A DNA stretch of 64,000 bases from Dehalococcoidia bacterium (GTDB taxonomy: Bacteria; Chloroflexota; Dehalococcoidia; UBA2979), in assembly GCA_963667465.2 (NCBI GenBank), contig CAXXDN010000001.1, forward strand, positions 320,001-384,000, written 5' to 3'. The position numbers and the translations under genes are program-made. Positions 36,200 to 50,400 of the stretch are shown here, piece after piece. The notes beneath the pieces are model-generated. The model was not told where the DNA came from, made no database searches, and was given only the letters and a program-made list of their open reading frames with translations. Numbering within the stretch: the stretch's first letter is position 1; every line of letters begins with the position of its first letter.

Positions 36200-36796
36200 A
36201 TGGCCACTTCCGGGACCGCGGCTTCCGAGGTCACGACGCCTCGCGAGGGAGGACGGATCGCGATCCGCTCGCTTGCGCCCGCCGATCTGCGCGCGGTGCG
36301 GCGGCTGGAGCGCGCCGCCTACGGATCCGCCAACCCGCGCACCGCGTTCGAGCGCGAGCTGCGCAACGGCCTGGCGAGCTACCTCGTCGCTGTCGACGCC
36401 GCGTCCGCCGCCGAGCGGCCGGCGCGACGCGGGCCGCTCGCCTGGCTACGACGGCGCCTCGGGGCTGCCGAGGGCCCGCCGATCCTCGGCTTCGCAGGCG
36501 CCTGGTACACGCACGAGCAGCTGCATCTGGTCACGCTCGCCGTCGATCCGCGCGAACAGCGGCAGGGCATCGGGCTCGCCCTGGTGCTCGCGGTCTGCGA
36601 CCTGGCGATCGAGGCCGAGCTGGACAGCGTCGCGCTGGAGGTGCGCGCCTCGAACGCGGGCGCACTGCGGCTCTACGAGCGCTGCGGCTTCCGCCGGGTC
36701 GGCCACCTGCGCCGCTACTACAGCGACAACGGCGAGGACGCGATCGTGATGCTGCTCGACGGCCTCACCGCGCGCACGGTGGGCGAAGAAGACTGA
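36200..36796 (+). CDS. rimI: Ribosomal-protein-alanine N-acetyltransferase
   Basis: DL.AV..LER, ILGFAG, HLVTLAVDP..QRQGIG, LEVRASN.GA..LY...GF......RYYSDNGEDA. Confidence 0.9.
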   Translation: MATSGTAASEVTTPREGGRIAIRSLAPADLRAVRRLERAAYGSANPRTAFERELRNGLASYLVAVDAASAAERPARRGPLAWLRRRLGAAEGPPILGFAGAWYTHEQLHLVTLAVDPREQRQGIGLALVLAVCDLAIEAELDSVALEVRASNAGALRLYERCGFRRVGHLRRYYSDNGEDAIVMLLDGLTARTVGEED

Positions 36797-36844
36797 GCGC
36801 AGGCCGCACGCGTGCCCTCAGAAGGACCGGCCCCCTCCCTCCGG

Positions 36845-36880
36845 CCCCCTCTCCCGGGGGAGAGAGTGGGGGTGAGGGCG
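36845..36880. repeat. REP-like palindromic element CCCCCTCTCCC-GG-GGGAGAGAGTGGGGGTGAGGG
   Basis: CTCTCCC/GGGAGAG stem followed by GGGGGTGAGGG, resembling a widespread intergenic palindrome; lies between convergent genes. Confidence 0.55.
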
Positions 36881-36963
36881 CTCGCCATGCTGACTCCCGG
36901 CTCGACGGGTTGTTGCGCCCTCGGGGATGCGTACCCGGCGACAGGATCGTGCGCGCGCTTGGC

Positions 36964-37278
36964 TTACGAGGCGGCAGCGGCCTCCTCGGCCTCTTCGAGC
37001 TCTGCCGCCGGGTCGTGGACGTAGCGCAGATAGCGGTCGTCGCGCTCGCCGAGGAGTACGAGCATGCCCTCGGCCTCCTGCTCGCGTACCCAGCTGGAGA
37101 GCCTGGCGCTGTGGCCGAAGATCAGGAACGTCTCGCCTGTGAAGGAGAAGCGGCGGCCGTTGACGGTGACGTAGTAGGGCGGCGGACCGTCGTCCTCATT
37201 GAAGTTCAGGACGAACACGTCGGCCTCTCCCTCGGAGAGCACCGTCAGGTCATCGAAACCGACTTCGACCTCGCTCAC
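36964..37278 (-). CDS. Hypothetical acidic protein (104 aa)
   Basis: GTG 37278 with GGGAGG RBS; reads VSEVEVGFDDLTVLSEGEADVFVLNF...; protein-like composition. Confidence 0.7.
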   Translation of the reverse strand: MSEVEVGFDDLTVLSEGEADVFVLNFNEDDGPPPYYVTVNGRRFSFTGETFLIFGHSARLSSWVREQEAEGMLVLLGERDDRYLRYVHDPAAELEEAEEAAAAS

Positions 37279-37337
37279 CTTCGCCTCCCTCGGCCGCCCG
37301 CGCACGGGGCATCGCGCCAGATGATACGGGCGTCCCC

Positions 37338-37817
37338 CTACGAGGGGCCAGCGTCTCCACCGTCTGCAGCGGGCGTCGCGCGCAGGTCCGGCGCGGCGAG
37401 CAACATCAGCAGCGTCACGATCACCGCCGAACCCACGCACCAGACGCAGATCGCCTCGATCTCGAACAGCTCGAGCCAGGTCAGGTAGGCGGAGTAGAGC
37501 GTGCCGCCGAGGGCGAGCGCGAACGTGAGCCCGGCCAGCGCCTGCGGCGGCTCCTCGCCTCGCAACGCCGCCCACCAGCGCCGCGCGGCGATCAGCGCGA
37601 GCAGCGCGAGGTACATGCCAAGACCGAGCACGGCTATCGGCACCCCGGCAATCTCAGCGAACTCGGAACCCTGGACAGTCTGGCAGTCGCCGACACCGGA
37701 GCACGCGGCCTCTTGCCCCTCGTCGAGGGCGACCCAGCTGAGGTAGCCCGCGACCACAACGCCGGCGATCGCGAGCGCGAGCAGCAGGTCGTGGCGGCGG
37801 GCGAGCAGGAAGGCCAC
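37338..37817 (-). CDS. Vitamin K epoxide reductase (VKOR) family disulfide-bond formation protein
   Basis: C.GVGDC..V..S.F..I.GVP..VLG, YS.YL...E...I.AICVWC (CxxC). Confidence 0.92.
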   Translation of the reverse strand: MAFLLARRHDLLLALAIAGVVVAGYLSWVALDEGQEAACSGVGDCQTVQGSEFAEIAGVPIAVLGLGMYLALLALIAARRWWAALRGEEPPQALAGLTFALALGGTLYSAYLTWLELFEIEAICVWCVGSAVIVTLLMLLAAPDLRATPAADGGDAGPS

Positions 37818-37829
37818 GGTCCGCAGCGG

Positions 37830-38645
37830 CTAGCCGCCGTCGTCCGGCAGGAGGCTGTCGATCACCTCGCGGAAGGTCTCGATCGGCTGGGCGCCGGGAA
37901 CCACTTGCCCGTTGATCAGGAAGTTCGGGGTCGACAACCGGCCAAGCAGACTCTGGAGCACCTGGGCGGACTGCCCGGCCTCTTCCTCGACGATCAGTTC
38001 CTTGATGCCGGACTCGACGCAGTCATCGAAGGCATCGAGGTCGAACGCGCCCTCGGGCAGCTCATCAGCGACCTCGCGCGCGAAGTTCTTGACGTTGCCC
38101 TCGGAGGCCCACCCGGCGCGGCCCTGACGCTGGAAGAGTACGTCGTGGTAGGGCCAGAACAGGTTCTGGTCGGCCGCGCACTCAGAGGCAGCGGCTGCGC
38201 TCACGGAGTCGGGCCCGAGCAACGGGAGGTGGCGAAACTCGATCGAGACGAGGCCCTGGTTGATGTACTCCTCCTCGATCAACGGCTTGGTGTCATGGCT
38301 GAAGTCGCCGCAGTGCCCGCAGGTGAAGTCCTCGAAAGCGACGATGCGCACGGGCGCGTCGGCCACGCCGAGGAGCTTGCCATCGACAGGAGCCGATGAG
38401 CCTTGATACTCGAACTCGCCGTCGCCCACGGCGTTGCTGCCACCGGGCCGGTTGAACCAGACGAGCGCCGCGACGATCACGACGGTCACGAGGACGACGC
38501 CGATGGTGAGGAACCCGCCGAACGAGTCGATCGTGGCCTTCAGGCCGCGGCCCGCTTGCTGCGCCTGCTGTTCGGCCTGCTGCTCGGGCTGCTGCCCGGC
38601 GCCCGGCCCTCCCCGGCGGCGGCGGCGACGACGACTACTACCCAC
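37830..38645 (-). CDS. Membrane-anchored DsbA-like thioredoxin-fold protein
   Basis: TM anchor, G..DAPV.I..FEDFTCGHC, AAAASECAADQ..FW.YHD.LF, STPNFLING (cis-Pro loop). Confidence 0.9.
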   Translation of the reverse strand: MGSSRRRRRRRGGPGAGQQPEQQAEQQAQQAGRGLKATIDSFGGFLTIGVVLVTVVIVAALVWFNRPGGSNAVGDGEFEYQGSSAPVDGKLLGVADAPVRIVAFEDFTCGHCGDFSHDTKPLIEEEYINQGLVSIEFRHLPLLGPDSVSAAAASECAADQNLFWPYHDVLFQRQGRAGWASEGNVKNFAREVADELPEGAFDLDAFDDCVESGIKELIVEEEAGQSAQVLQSLLGRLSTPNFLINGQVVPGAQPIETFREVIDSLLPDDGG

Positions 38646-38771
38646 GATGCCTCCGTCCGCTCACTGTCACGGGGCGCTGACGGCCGCTTCGATTATCCGG
38701 CGGGGGCGGGGGGCGGGCAACGGCGGGGCGTTTCGTCGATCTCATGACTGGCATCGACCTGTTCGCTGGCC

Positions 38772-41210
<2,439 letters not shown>

Positions 41211-41255
41211 CGCCGTATTACCCTTCGCACCACGTCGCGTCCCGTCGTCTCGTGA

Positions 41256-41600
41256 TCAGCGCTGGCCGCGGCGCGGCGTGCGCTCCGGCAGCATCGAGCG
41301 CAGCCGATCGAGCTCGGCGCGCGCGTCGTCCAGCTCGGCCTGCAGGTCCTCGACGCGGCGGCTGAGCCGCAGCAGCACCTCGGCGCCCGCGAGGTTCACG
41401 CCGAGGTCCTCGACGTACTGGCGCAGCCGGCGCAGCACCTCGACGTCGCGCTGCGAGTAGAGGCGCTGGTTGCCGGCGCTGCGCGCGGGGGCGACGAAGC
41501 CCATCCGCTCGTAGGTGCGCAGCGTCTGCTGGTGGACGCCCACCATGCGCGCCACCACCGAGATCTGGAAGACCGGCTCGTCCTGCGGAATGTTGGTCAT
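41256..41600 (-). CDS. hspR: MerR-family heat-shock repressor
   Basis: PVFQISVVA.M.GVH.QTLR.YER.G...P.RS.GNQRLYS..D, GVNLAG; between dnaJ-like and clp genes. Confidence 0.88.
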   Translation of the reverse strand: MTNIPQDEPVFQISVVARMVGVHQQTLRTYERMGFVAPARSAGNQRLYSQRDVEVLRRLRQYVEDLGVNLAGAEVLLRLSRRVEDLQAELDDARAELDRLRSMLPERTPRRGQR

Positions 41601-41623
41601 GATCCGTCCGTCCTGGTCGTCGT

Positions 41624-42622
41624 TCAGGGCGCCGCCGAGGAGGCGCGCCCTTCCTCCGCAGCCGCGGCCTCAACCGTCGCGGGTTCGCCCTCGCGGCCGC
41701 CCTCGCTGTCCCGCAGCTGCTCGAACAGCGCGCGCTGGGCGTCGTCGATCGGCTCGGGGAGGCGCAGCCGCACGCGCGCGAGCAGGTCGCCGTGGCCGCC
41801 GCCGCTGTGCGGCATCCCCTGGCCCGCGAGGCGGAAGACGCGCCCGCCCTGTGTCTCCGCGGGGATCCGCAGCGCCAGCGCTCGCCCCTTGAGCGTCGGC
41901 ACCTCCGCCTCGCCGCCGAGCGCGGCGTCGGCGACGGGCACGTCGATCTCGACGTGCAGATCGTCGCCACGACGCTCGAAGCGCGGGTGGGCGGAGACGC
42001 TGACGCGCAGGAAGAGGTCGCCCGGAGCGCCGCCGCCGCGCCCCGGACCACCCTTGCCGCGGACGCGCACGCGCCCGCCGTCCTGGATGCCGGCCGGAAT
42101 GTCCACCTCAATGCGGCGCGACCCGCCGCCAGCATCGCGCAGCTCGATGGTGCGCGAGGCGCCGTGGTACGACTCCTCGAGGCTGACGCGCACGGGATGC
42201 TCGACATCCTCGCCGCTCGCGCGGGCAGGCCGGCCGCCGCCGCGCCCGAAGAGCCCGCCGAAGAGATCGCCGAGGCCGCCGCCGTCGCCGCCGAGGTCGA
42301 ACTCGACGTGCCGGAAGCCGCCGCCCGGACCACCGGGGCCACCGCCGAAGCGGAAGCCGCCCGCGCCCTGGCGGCGCATTTGCTCCTCGATCTGATCGGC
42401 GTTGCGCCAGTTGTCGCCGTACTTGTCGTACGCGGCGCGAGTCTCGGAGTCCGACAGCACCTCGTGCGCCGCGCTGACTTGCTTGAAGCGCTCCTCCGCC
42501 TCGGCATTGCCGGGGTTGACGTCCGGATGGTACTGGCGGGCGAGCTTGCGGAAGGCATCGCGGATGTCCTTCTCGGATGCCGAGCGCGAGACGCCGAGGA
42601 CGGAGTAGTAGTCCGTTGCCAT
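41624..42622 (-). CDS. DnaJ-class B (CbpA-like) co-chaperone
   Basis: J domain with HPD, G/F-rich linker, no zinc finger, C-terminal substrate-binding domains. Confidence 0.93.
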   Translation of the reverse strand: MATDYYSVLGVSRSASEKDIRDAFRKLARQYHPDVNPGNAEAEERFKQVSAAHEVLSDSETRAAYDKYGDNWRNADQIEEQMRRQGAGGFRFGGGPGGPGGGFRHVEFDLGGDGGGLGDLFGGLFGRGGGRPARASGEDVEHPVRVSLEESYHGASRTIELRDAGGGSRRIEVDIPAGIQDGGRVRVRGKGGPGRGGGAPGDLFLRVSVSAHPRFERRGDDLHVEIDVPVADAALGGEAEVPTLKGRALALRIPAETQGGRVFRLAGQGMPHSGGGHGDLLARVRLRLPEPIDDAQRALFEQLRDSEGGREGEPATVEAAAAEEGRASSAAP

Positions 42623-42628
42623 GCCAGC

Positions 42629-42717
42629 AGTATAACAGAATGACGTTTACAGGTAGATACTACCTTAGTCTCAGAAACTCATATTTATTGACACGTCCCG
42701 CATAGCTACCATAAACT
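42629..42717. promoter_or_regulatory. Divergent promoter region of dnaJ-like gene and hsp20, with a degenerate HAIR-like site
   Basis: Minus strand TGT-TATACT (42629-42637) 6 nt before the dnaJ ATG; plus strand TTGACA (42688-42693) and TAAACT (42712-42717); CCTTAGT-N7-ACTCATA (42663-42683) resembles HAIR CTTGAGT-N7-ACTCAAG. Confidence 0.65.
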
Positions 42718-42790
42718 GCAACTCGACAGGGAGGGGTCCGGCGAATCCCCTCGAACGAGCGCGAACAGCGCGTAAGGAGGCACCAGACAG

Positions 42791-43252
42791 ATGGCGCACA
42801 ACACGAGCATCGTGCGGCGCGACCCGTTTACCGGCATGCGGCAGATGATGGACCGGCTCTTCGACGACTCCTTCTTCCGCTCCGGTCCCGCCGGCTGGCC
42901 CGGCGCCGCCTGGAGCATCGAGGAAGGCACCCTGCCGGTCGATCTCTCCCGGGCCGACGGCGCGATCAAGGTGCGCGCCTCGCTGCCCGGCTTCAAGCCG
43001 GAGGACATCGACGTGCAGGTCCACGAAGGCGTGCTCTCGATCAAGGCCGAGCACGACGAGGAGCACGCGTCCAGCGACGAGCGTTTCTACCGGCGTGAGC
43101 GCGTGAGCGGCTCCGTGAGCCGCCGTATCGCCCTCCCGGGCGTCGTGCGCGACGCCGCGGTGGACGCGCAACTGGAGGACGGCGTGCTCACCCTGACGCT
43201 CCCGCTGCCCGAGCAGCCGCAGCCGAAGCAGATCGAGATCCAGACCAACTAG
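42791..43252 (+). CDS. Hsp20/alpha-crystallin small heat-shock protein
   Basis: RDPF..M..MMDRLF, LPVD, A.LPG...EDIDV, RRER..G...R.I.LP, A.LEDGVL.L.LP, IEI tail; TAAGGAGG RBS. Confidence 0.95.
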   Translation: MAHNTSIVRRDPFTGMRQMMDRLFDDSFFRSGPAGWPGAAWSIEEGTLPVDLSRADGAIKVRASLPGFKPEDIDVQVHEGVLSIKAEHDEEHASSDERFYRRERVSGSVSRRIALPGVVRDAAVDAQLEDGVLTLTLPLPEQPQPKQIEIQTN

Positions 43253-43296
43253 TCCCGCCCTCGCGGCTTCCTCCCGGCCGCAACGGCGCACCGCCG

Positions 43297-43331
43297 ACGG
43301 CCCCGGGGTTCACCCCGGGGCCGTTGCTTGT
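43297..43331 (+). terminator. Intrinsic terminator downstream of hsp20 (possibly bidirectional)
   Basis: ACGGCCCCGGGG-ttca-CCCCGGGGCCGT perfect 12-bp stem followed by TGCTTGT. Confidence 0.75.
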
Positions 43332-43363
43332 GTGCACCGCGGCTCTCGAATGTCGCGCCGAAG

Positions 43364-44199
43364 CTAGCGCGTCTTCGCGCGGCTGCGCCTCCGGCGCGGC
43401 GCCCGTGTCGAGCCCTCGATCACCTCGCGGTCGTCGCGATGGGGCCGGCGGATCTCGCGCGGGACGCGCTCCGCCTCCAGGCGCGAGAGCAGCGCCAGCG
43501 CCTTGCGCGTGTCCGAGGCGACACGCGCCGGCTCCGCCAGGCGGAAGCGGAACTTCGAGCACCAGTAGGTGAACGCCCGCAACTGCGACTGCATCGCGCG
43601 CTGCGGCAGCACGTCGCCCGTCTCCGCGCGGTACTCCACCTGCAGCTCCGCCAGCGTGCGCCCGTAGACCCGCTCGTAGGCCGCGACGTCGGGCGGGCTC
43701 CCGCGCGGACCCTCGAGGTTGCGCGCCTTCACCAGCTCCAGTTCCGCCTGCAGCAGCAGCACCTCCTCGACGGTCACCCCGTACTGGAAGTTGAGGTGCG
43801 CGCGGTGCTTCTCGTGGCCGATCGCGCGGGCGAACGCCTCCTCGCTGTCGTCGTACCCGCGCGGCGGCTTGCCATCGAACAGCAGCTGCTCCGCCTCGGC
43901 GGACGGGATCGCCTTGCCTGCGGCGTCGATCAGCCGCTCGGCGAGGCGCAGCCAGTCGAAGGCTTCCCCGGCAATCAGATAGCGGTAGCCGACGCCGTCG
44001 GCCTCTTCCTCCGGCGTCACCCAGCGCGCGATCACGTCGAGCAGTGCCGGGTACCACGGTTCGCCTCGTTCGAGCGCGTCGAGGAATGTGCGAACGCCAT
44101 CCTCAGCCTCCAGCGGCGGAGGAGGCTCCGAGCCGGCGGGGCCGGAGCCGTTGGCCCCGGCCTGCGCTCGCTCGCGCGTGGCGCTGCGGCGAGCGGGGC

Positions 44200-44203
<4 letters not shown>
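43364..44203 (-). CDS. Hypothetical protein translationally coupled to secA
   Basis: GTGA overlap with secA stop; globular-looking core ([44 protein letters not shown]). Confidence 0.8.
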
Positions 44204-46794
<2,591 letters not shown>

Positions 46795-46814
46795 GTTGCC
46801 TCCTCAGGGGCGGT

Positions 46815-47759
46815 TCAGCGGAACAGGTCGCTGACCGAGCCCCCGGTGTGGATGCGATGTATCGCGTCGCCGAAGAGGGGCGCGATCGAGAGTACCTTCG
46901 TCGGGGCGTGCTTGAACGCATCCTCGCCGAGCGGAAGGGTGTCCGTGAACACGATCTCGGAGATCTCGGGCGTGTCCAGCCGCTCGAAGGCCGCGCCCGC
47001 GAAGAGTTGGTGCACGCAGCCGACGTAGATCGAGCGCGCACGGTGCCGGCGCAGCAATTCGAGGGCGCTCGCGACGGTGCCACCGGTCAGGATCTCGTCG
47101 TCGATGATCACGGCGTCCGCGTCCGCGGCGTCTCCGATCAGCGTCAGCGCCTCGGCCTGCTCGTCATTGCCGGAGCGCCGCTTGTCGACAATCGCCAGGT
47201 CCGCGCCGAGCCGCTCGGCGACGTTGCGCGCGCCCTTCGCGCCGCCCACATCGGTGGCAACGACGACAGGGTTCGCGAGGTTGAGCGAGCGGAAGTACTC
47301 GGCGAGCAGCGGCTGCGCGTGGAGCTCGTCCACCGGGATGTTGAAGAAGCCCTGAATCTGCCCCGCGTGCAGGTCCATCGTCAGCAGCCGGTCCGCCCCC
47401 GCCACCTCGATGAAGTTGGCGATCAGGCGCGCGCTGATGGGCACGTGCGGCTGGTCCTTCTTGTCAGAGCGTCCGTAGGCGAAGTACGGGATGACTGCCG
47501 TGATGCGCCCGGCCGAGGCGCGCTTCGCGGCGTCGATCATGATCAGCAGCTCCATCAGCCGCGTGTTCACCGGCGAGCCGATCGGCTGGATCAGGTAGAC
47601 ATCGCGCTCGCGGATGTTCTGCAGGAAGCGCACGAAGATGTTCTCGTTCGAGAACTCGAACACCTCGCACTCACCGAGCGGCATCTCGAGGTGGCGACAG
47701 ACCGCCTCGGCGAACGAACGATGCGCGTTACCCGTGAAAACGGCCATCTCACGAAACAC
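46815..47759 (-). CDS. prs: Ribose-phosphate pyrophosphokinase
   Basis: FSNENI.V, ELLIMIDAAKRASA.RITAVIPY, MDLHA.QIQGFF, IIDDEILTGGT; GTG 47759 start inferred. Confidence 0.96.
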   Translation of the reverse strand: MFREMAVFTGNAHRSFAEAVCRHLEMPLGECEVFEFSNENIFVRFLQNIRERDVYLIQPIGSPVNTRLMELLIMIDAAKRASAGRITAVIPYFAYGRSDKKDQPHVPISARLIANFIEVAGADRLLTMDLHAGQIQGFFNIPVDELHAQPLLAEYFRSLNLANPVVVATDVGGAKGARNVAERLGADLAIVDKRRSGNDEQAEALTLIGDAADADAVIIDDEILTGGTVASALELLRRHRARSIYVGCVHQLFAGAAFERLDTPEISEIVFTDTLPLGEDAFKHAPTKVLSIAPLFGDAIHRIHTGGSVSDLFR

Positions 47760-47934
47760 GAACGCGCCACCGGCTCCTCGCACGCGCCTCGCTCCTGTCG
47801 CACGCTCCCGCAGACGCGGGCAAGCGGCCCGGGCGCGCCAAACACCGTGTGACGGAGGCTGGGCCGGGGCTTCCTCGATGGTACCATGACGCATCCGCAC
47901 GGCACGCGCCCAGGCCCCGGAGGTGCGCCCCGCC

Positions 47935-49107
47935 ATGGACTTCGCCCTCACCCCCGAGGAAGAGCGCTTCGGCGAGGATCTGCGCGCCGTCCTCGCCGAT
48001 CTGCTGCCCGCCGACTGGTCGCAACGCGGCCTGATCGAGCCCGCGGACTCGGCGGAGCGCGCCGCCCTCGCGGAGCGCGTCGCGCGCGCCCTCGGCGAGC
48101 GCCGCTGGCTGGCGCTGGCCTGGCCGCGCGAGTTCGGTGGCCTCGCTGCCTCCTACATGCAGCAGTACGTGCTCAACGCGGAACTCGCCTACCAGGACGC
48201 GCCCGGCGGAGGCGGCGTCGGCGTCTCCTCGGCCGGCCCGGCGATCATGCAGCACGGCAGCGAGGAGCAGCGGCGGCTCTACCTGCCGCGCATCGCCGCC
48301 GGCGAAGACCGCTGGTGCGCCCTCTACTCCGAGCCGGGGGCAGGCTCCGACCTCGCCTCGATCCAGACGCGCGCCGTGCGCGACGGCGACGAGTACGTGA
48401 TCAACGGCCTCAAGACCTGGGTCGCCGGCGCGGAGCACGCGAACATGGGCTGGCTCGCCGCCCGCACCGACCCGGGCGCCCCCAAGCACCGGGGCCTCTC
48501 CACCTTCGCCCTGCCGATGGACACGCCGGGCGTCGAGATCCGCCCGATCGAGAACCTCGCCGGCGAGCGCCAGCTCGCCGAGGTGCAGCTCCACGACGTG
48601 CGCATCCCGATCGAGCAGCGCGTCGGGCCCGAGCACCGCGGCTGGTACCACGTCGCCTCGACGCTCGACTTCGAGCGCTCCGGCGTGGCCGCCTTCGCGC
48701 GCGGCAAGCGGCACATCGAGGGCCTCGTGCATTTCGCGCACGAGCACACGAACGAGGACGAGCGCCGCGAGCAGGTGCGCTACGAACTGGCAGACCGCTG
48801 GATCGAGCTGGAGGTCGGCTTCAACGTCGCGCAGCGCATCCCCTGGATGCAGACGCAGGGCATCTCCCCGAACCACGAGGCGTCCGTCTCGAAGGTCTAC
48901 GGCTCGGAACTCACCCAGCGCATCGCCGGCACCGGCGTGCGCCTCTTCGGCCTCGCGGGCCTGATCGCCCCCGGCGGCGCCGACGCCCCGGCGGGCGGCG
49001 CCTTCGCTCGCCACTACCTGACGTCAACCGGCGCCACGATCGAGGCGGGCACCTCCGAGATCCAGCGCAACATCATCGCCCAGCGCGGGCTTGGGCTTCC
49101 GCGGTAG
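47935..49107 (+). CDS. Acyl-CoA dehydrogenase family protein
   Basis: WP.EFGG, YSEPGAGSDLAS..TRA, INGLKTW, TLDFER, IEAGTSEIQRNIIA. Confidence 0.93.
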   Translation: MDFALTPEEERFGEDLRAVLADLLPADWSQRGLIEPADSAERAALAERVARALGERRWLALAWPREFGGLAASYMQQYVLNAELAYQDAPGGGGVGVSSAGPAIMQHGSEEQRRLYLPRIAAGEDRWCALYSEPGAGSDLASIQTRAVRDGDEYVINGLKTWVAGAEHANMGWLAARTDPGAPKHRGLSTFALPMDTPGVEIRPIENLAGERQLAEVQLHDVRIPIEQRVGPEHRGWYHVASTLDFERSGVAAFARGKRHIEGLVHFAHEHTNEDERREQVRYELADRWIELEVGFNVAQRIPWMQTQGISPNHEASVSKVYGSELTQRIAGTGVRLFGLAGLIAPGGADAPAGGAFARHYLTSTGATIEAGTSEIQRNIIAQRGLGLPR

Positions 49108-49116
49108 GGAGTGAGG

Positions 49117-49447
49117 ATGAGGATCTACCTCGAAGTAGCCCCGGAGCACATCGAGAAGGGTGTGCCCAATGACGCCAACTCCTGCGCCGTTGCCCTCGCC
49201 CTTCGGGATGAGTTCGCGGGAGCGGGGTATGTCTCCGTCGAGACGTTGCGCGGGTTTTGACGACCCTTCCGACTCATGGTCGGAACTCTTTGTAACGCTT
49301 CCCATCGAGGACGCGGAGCCGGACGCGGCCGAGGAAATCGAACTGTCCGGCGGCATGGACGACGATGGATTGGCGTTCTCGCACGCCTTCGACGCGGGCG
49401 AGCCGGTGGCTCCCCTCACGTTCCTGGTGATCCTCCACCAGGGGTAG
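49117..49447 (+). pseudogene. Frameshifted phage-like small protein gene
   Basis: 49117-49260 reads MRIYLEVAPEHIEKGVPNDANSCAVALALRDEF...F*; the +1 frame continues ...LAFSHAFDAGEPVAPLTFLVILHQG* to 49447; lower GC than flanks. Confidence 0.5.
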
Positions 49448-49586
49448 GAGCGACACCTCCACCGATCCGGCTACGCCGGCCCGCTTTCACCCCATGGCAT
49501 CCGTCTCCCAAACTCCCCGGGCACCCATCGCTCTGGCCCGCGCAGGGACGTCACACGCTCACCAACAGCACGGCCGATGCAGCCAG

Positions 49587-49605
49587 TGTGTATGATAGAT
49601 ACACA
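49587..49605 (+). promoter_or_regulatory. Palindromic operator TGTGTAT-gatag-ATACACA overlapping -10 TATGAT of the TA operon
   Basis: Perfect 7-bp inverted repeat 18 nt upstream of the antitoxin ATG. Confidence 0.7.
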
Positions 49606-49623
49606 TCAGAAGGCGGGTGCGGG

Positions 49624-49899
49624 ATGGCGCGGGTACAGATCATCATCCCCGACGAGGATCGTGATCGCTTCTTCTCCCAGGCGAAACGCGAAGGCATGAC
49701 GCTGAGCGCATGGCTGCGCGCAGCCGCGAGCGAGCGCCTCGATTCCCAGCGGCAAGCGAATGCCCTCGGATCACCGGCAGAGCTCGAGGCATTCTTCCGC
49801 GAATGCAACGCCAAAGCCGGACCCGGCCGCGAGCCCGACTGGGATGAGCACCTCGCGACAATGCGCGAGTCGCGGCTCCGTGGGGCCGCCGACGCGTGA
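49624..49899 (+). CDS. RHH-type antitoxin (VapB)
   Basis: MARVQIIIPDEDRDRF..QAKREGMTLSAWLRAAA; GTGA overlap with a PIN toxin. Confidence 0.85.
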   Translation: MARVQIIIPDEDRDRFFSQAKREGMTLSAWLRAAASERLDSQRQANALGSPAELEAFFRECNAKAGPGREPDWDEHLATMRESRLRGAADA

Positions 49900-50294
49900 T
49901 CTTTGTCGACACCAACGTCTTCGTGTACGCGGTCGGGCGCGCGCATCCGCACCGCGAACCGGCGCAGACGTTCTTTGTCGACGCCAGCCGCGATCGGGTG
50001 GCCCTCTACACCTCTGCTGAGGTCCTTCAGGAACTCATGCATGTCTACCTGCCGGTCGGGCGGTTTCGTGAACTCGACGAGGCTCTGGCGCTGGCATCGG
50101 GGCCGGTCGCAGAGATCTGGGCGCTGGAACCGGCAGACATCGACCTGGCTCGACAGCTGGCGAGGCTCCACCCCACACTCGCCGCCCGGGATCTCTGCCA
50201 CCTGGCGAGTTGCCGCAGGCGCGGCGTGAGCCAGATCCAGACCTTCGACGACGCCCTCGCCGAGGCGGTCGCCGCGCCCGGGGGCAGCGGCTGA
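49896..50294 (+). CDS. vapC: VapC PIN-domain toxin
   Basis: MIFVDTNVF.YAVG..HP, TSAEVLQE, ARD..HLA, TFD. Confidence 0.92.
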   Translation: MIFVDTNVFVYAVGRAHPHREPAQTFFVDASRDRVALYTSAEVLQELMHVYLPVGRFRELDEALALASGPVAEIWALEPADIDLARQLARLHPTLAARDLCHLASCRRRGVSQIQTFDDALAEAVAAPGGSG

Positions 50295-50307
50295 CGCCTC
50301 CCCGCCA

Positions 50308-50336
50308 TTGACAGCCCTCCCCCGATCCGGCAATCT
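50308..50336 (+). promoter_or_regulatory. Sigma70-type promoter of dnaE (TTGACA-17 bp-CAATCT)
   Basis: TTGACA 50308-50313 and CAATCT 50331-50336. Confidence 0.6.
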
Positions 50337-50400
50337 GCCGACGAGTCCCGCACGCGCGTTCGCGTAACGACATAAGCAGATTGTCGGTACCCACGAGCCG

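Noticed and set aside
42623-42790. CIRCE (HrcA) operator at the heat-shock genes
   Set aside because: No TTAGCACTC-N9-GAGTGCTAA present; only a degenerate HAIR-like site, consistent with the adjacent hspR.
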